Assembly (NCBI RefSeq): GCF_040938485.1
Contig: NW_027271766.1
Span: forward strand, 62,001 to 126,000
DNA from: Diadema antillarum
Taxonomy: Eukaryota
Length of the DNA stretch: 64,000 bases
Reading direction: 5' to 3'
Below the pieces are notes generated by a model. The model worked only from the letters and a program-made list of their open reading frames with translations. It had not been told where the DNA came from and made no database searches. This document shows positions 63,065 through 64,000 of the stretch, in pieces (position 1 is the stretch's first letter; each line of letters starts with the position of its first letter). The position numbers were made by a program, and so were the translations under genes.

Positions 63065-64000
63065 TGCCATCACAACTTTCATGCGAATGTGTCCATTTCA
63101 CATCCCGAAATGACAACAGAATGATTTTGATGAAGAAAAACAAGTGTTGTTGAGGATATGAGATGAATATTGGAGCCGTTTCCTTTGTTATTTTCTGTTC
63201 ATCCTGACATACATCCACACACACATGTGCACATTGACTATGAATGTCTTTCAAGATGTAGTATTTACAAGGAAGTTTAATGCAAACACCAAACCATGTA
63301 TTATTTCCAGCAAACCAGCAGTTATGCTAGGAATAGAATTAAGTTTTACTCAATTGTGAAGAAATCAGTTCTTCTATTATGCAATTATATCATAAATAAA
63401 TTCCATGGACAGGAAAAAAAGATATTTCATGATTCTGTTAGGAAGGAACAATTTCATTGTGCATGGTGTTTGGCCAGCACACACGTAGACATATATAACT
63501 TTGTACAAAATAATGACAAATTAAATGACAATTCAGATTCAGTTGTGTAGAAAGGAACATGTGCAGAAAAAACATATCAAGATGAGTGATATCTGTCCAC
63601 CCCCCCAAAATGTAAAAAGTCAATATGAAAAAAAGAAAGAATGAAATGATAGAAAGAGAGGGGTATACGAGTCCTGTAGTGAGATTTTATGCAAGGTTTT
63701 GATTACATAGAATTTTGATTATACACGCTTTTGATTGAAGGACAGCACAGTATCAAATCAACTTTCAATTATTTCACCATTCTGCCTGAATTGTGCCTGA
63801 AATGTTAAGGCCATTACCTTTAGCCCATTCATTGTGTCTACGTGTCAATATTTGGTGGAGCTGTGTGATTAGATTGAGATGAATTAAAACAGGAACAAGT
63901 TTGACCTTTTATGTTTCCTCAGTGACAAAACTGAGCTTACCGACAGCCTGTGACCCTGGAAAATATCGAGCCAAAGTCAGTGGCTAATGGTTGATTCCAC

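Overview
Intron-rich, AT-rich animal genomic DNA with three N gaps. The repeat landscape suggests an invertebrate deuterostome, plausibly a sea urchin; that is inference only. Almost all ORFs in the supplied track are noise, and the real coding sequence is in short exons I joined by hand. (1) A complete plus-strand UTP--glucose-1-phosphate uridylyltransferase gene (UGP2 ortholog) has 15 coding exons with fully consistent splice phases and a stop at 31712. It has two candidate phase-0 first exons: 2850-2942 (GT donor, 528 aa) and 8586-8642 (GC donor, 516 aa). It also has a U12-type minor-spliceosome intron at 20807-22208. (2) The first coding exon of an RGS7/RGS6/EGL-10-type gene is at 48969-49052; its next exon is not in the window. 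(3) An unidentified minus-strand promoter and first exon at about 39.56-39.87 kb has a TATA box, an E-box and two overlapping short ORFs that end before a GTAAGT donor. (4) Possible last exons of an unidentified upstream gene lie at 1.1-2.2 kb. The rest is non-autonomous DNA transposons (piggyBac-, Kolobok-, Harbinger-, mariner-, hAT- and Helentron/HINE-like), one tRNA-derived SINE, foldback palindromes and microsatellites. No CRISPR array, rRNA, intact tRNA or transposase ORF was found. All homology statements are from remembered sequences, not database searches.
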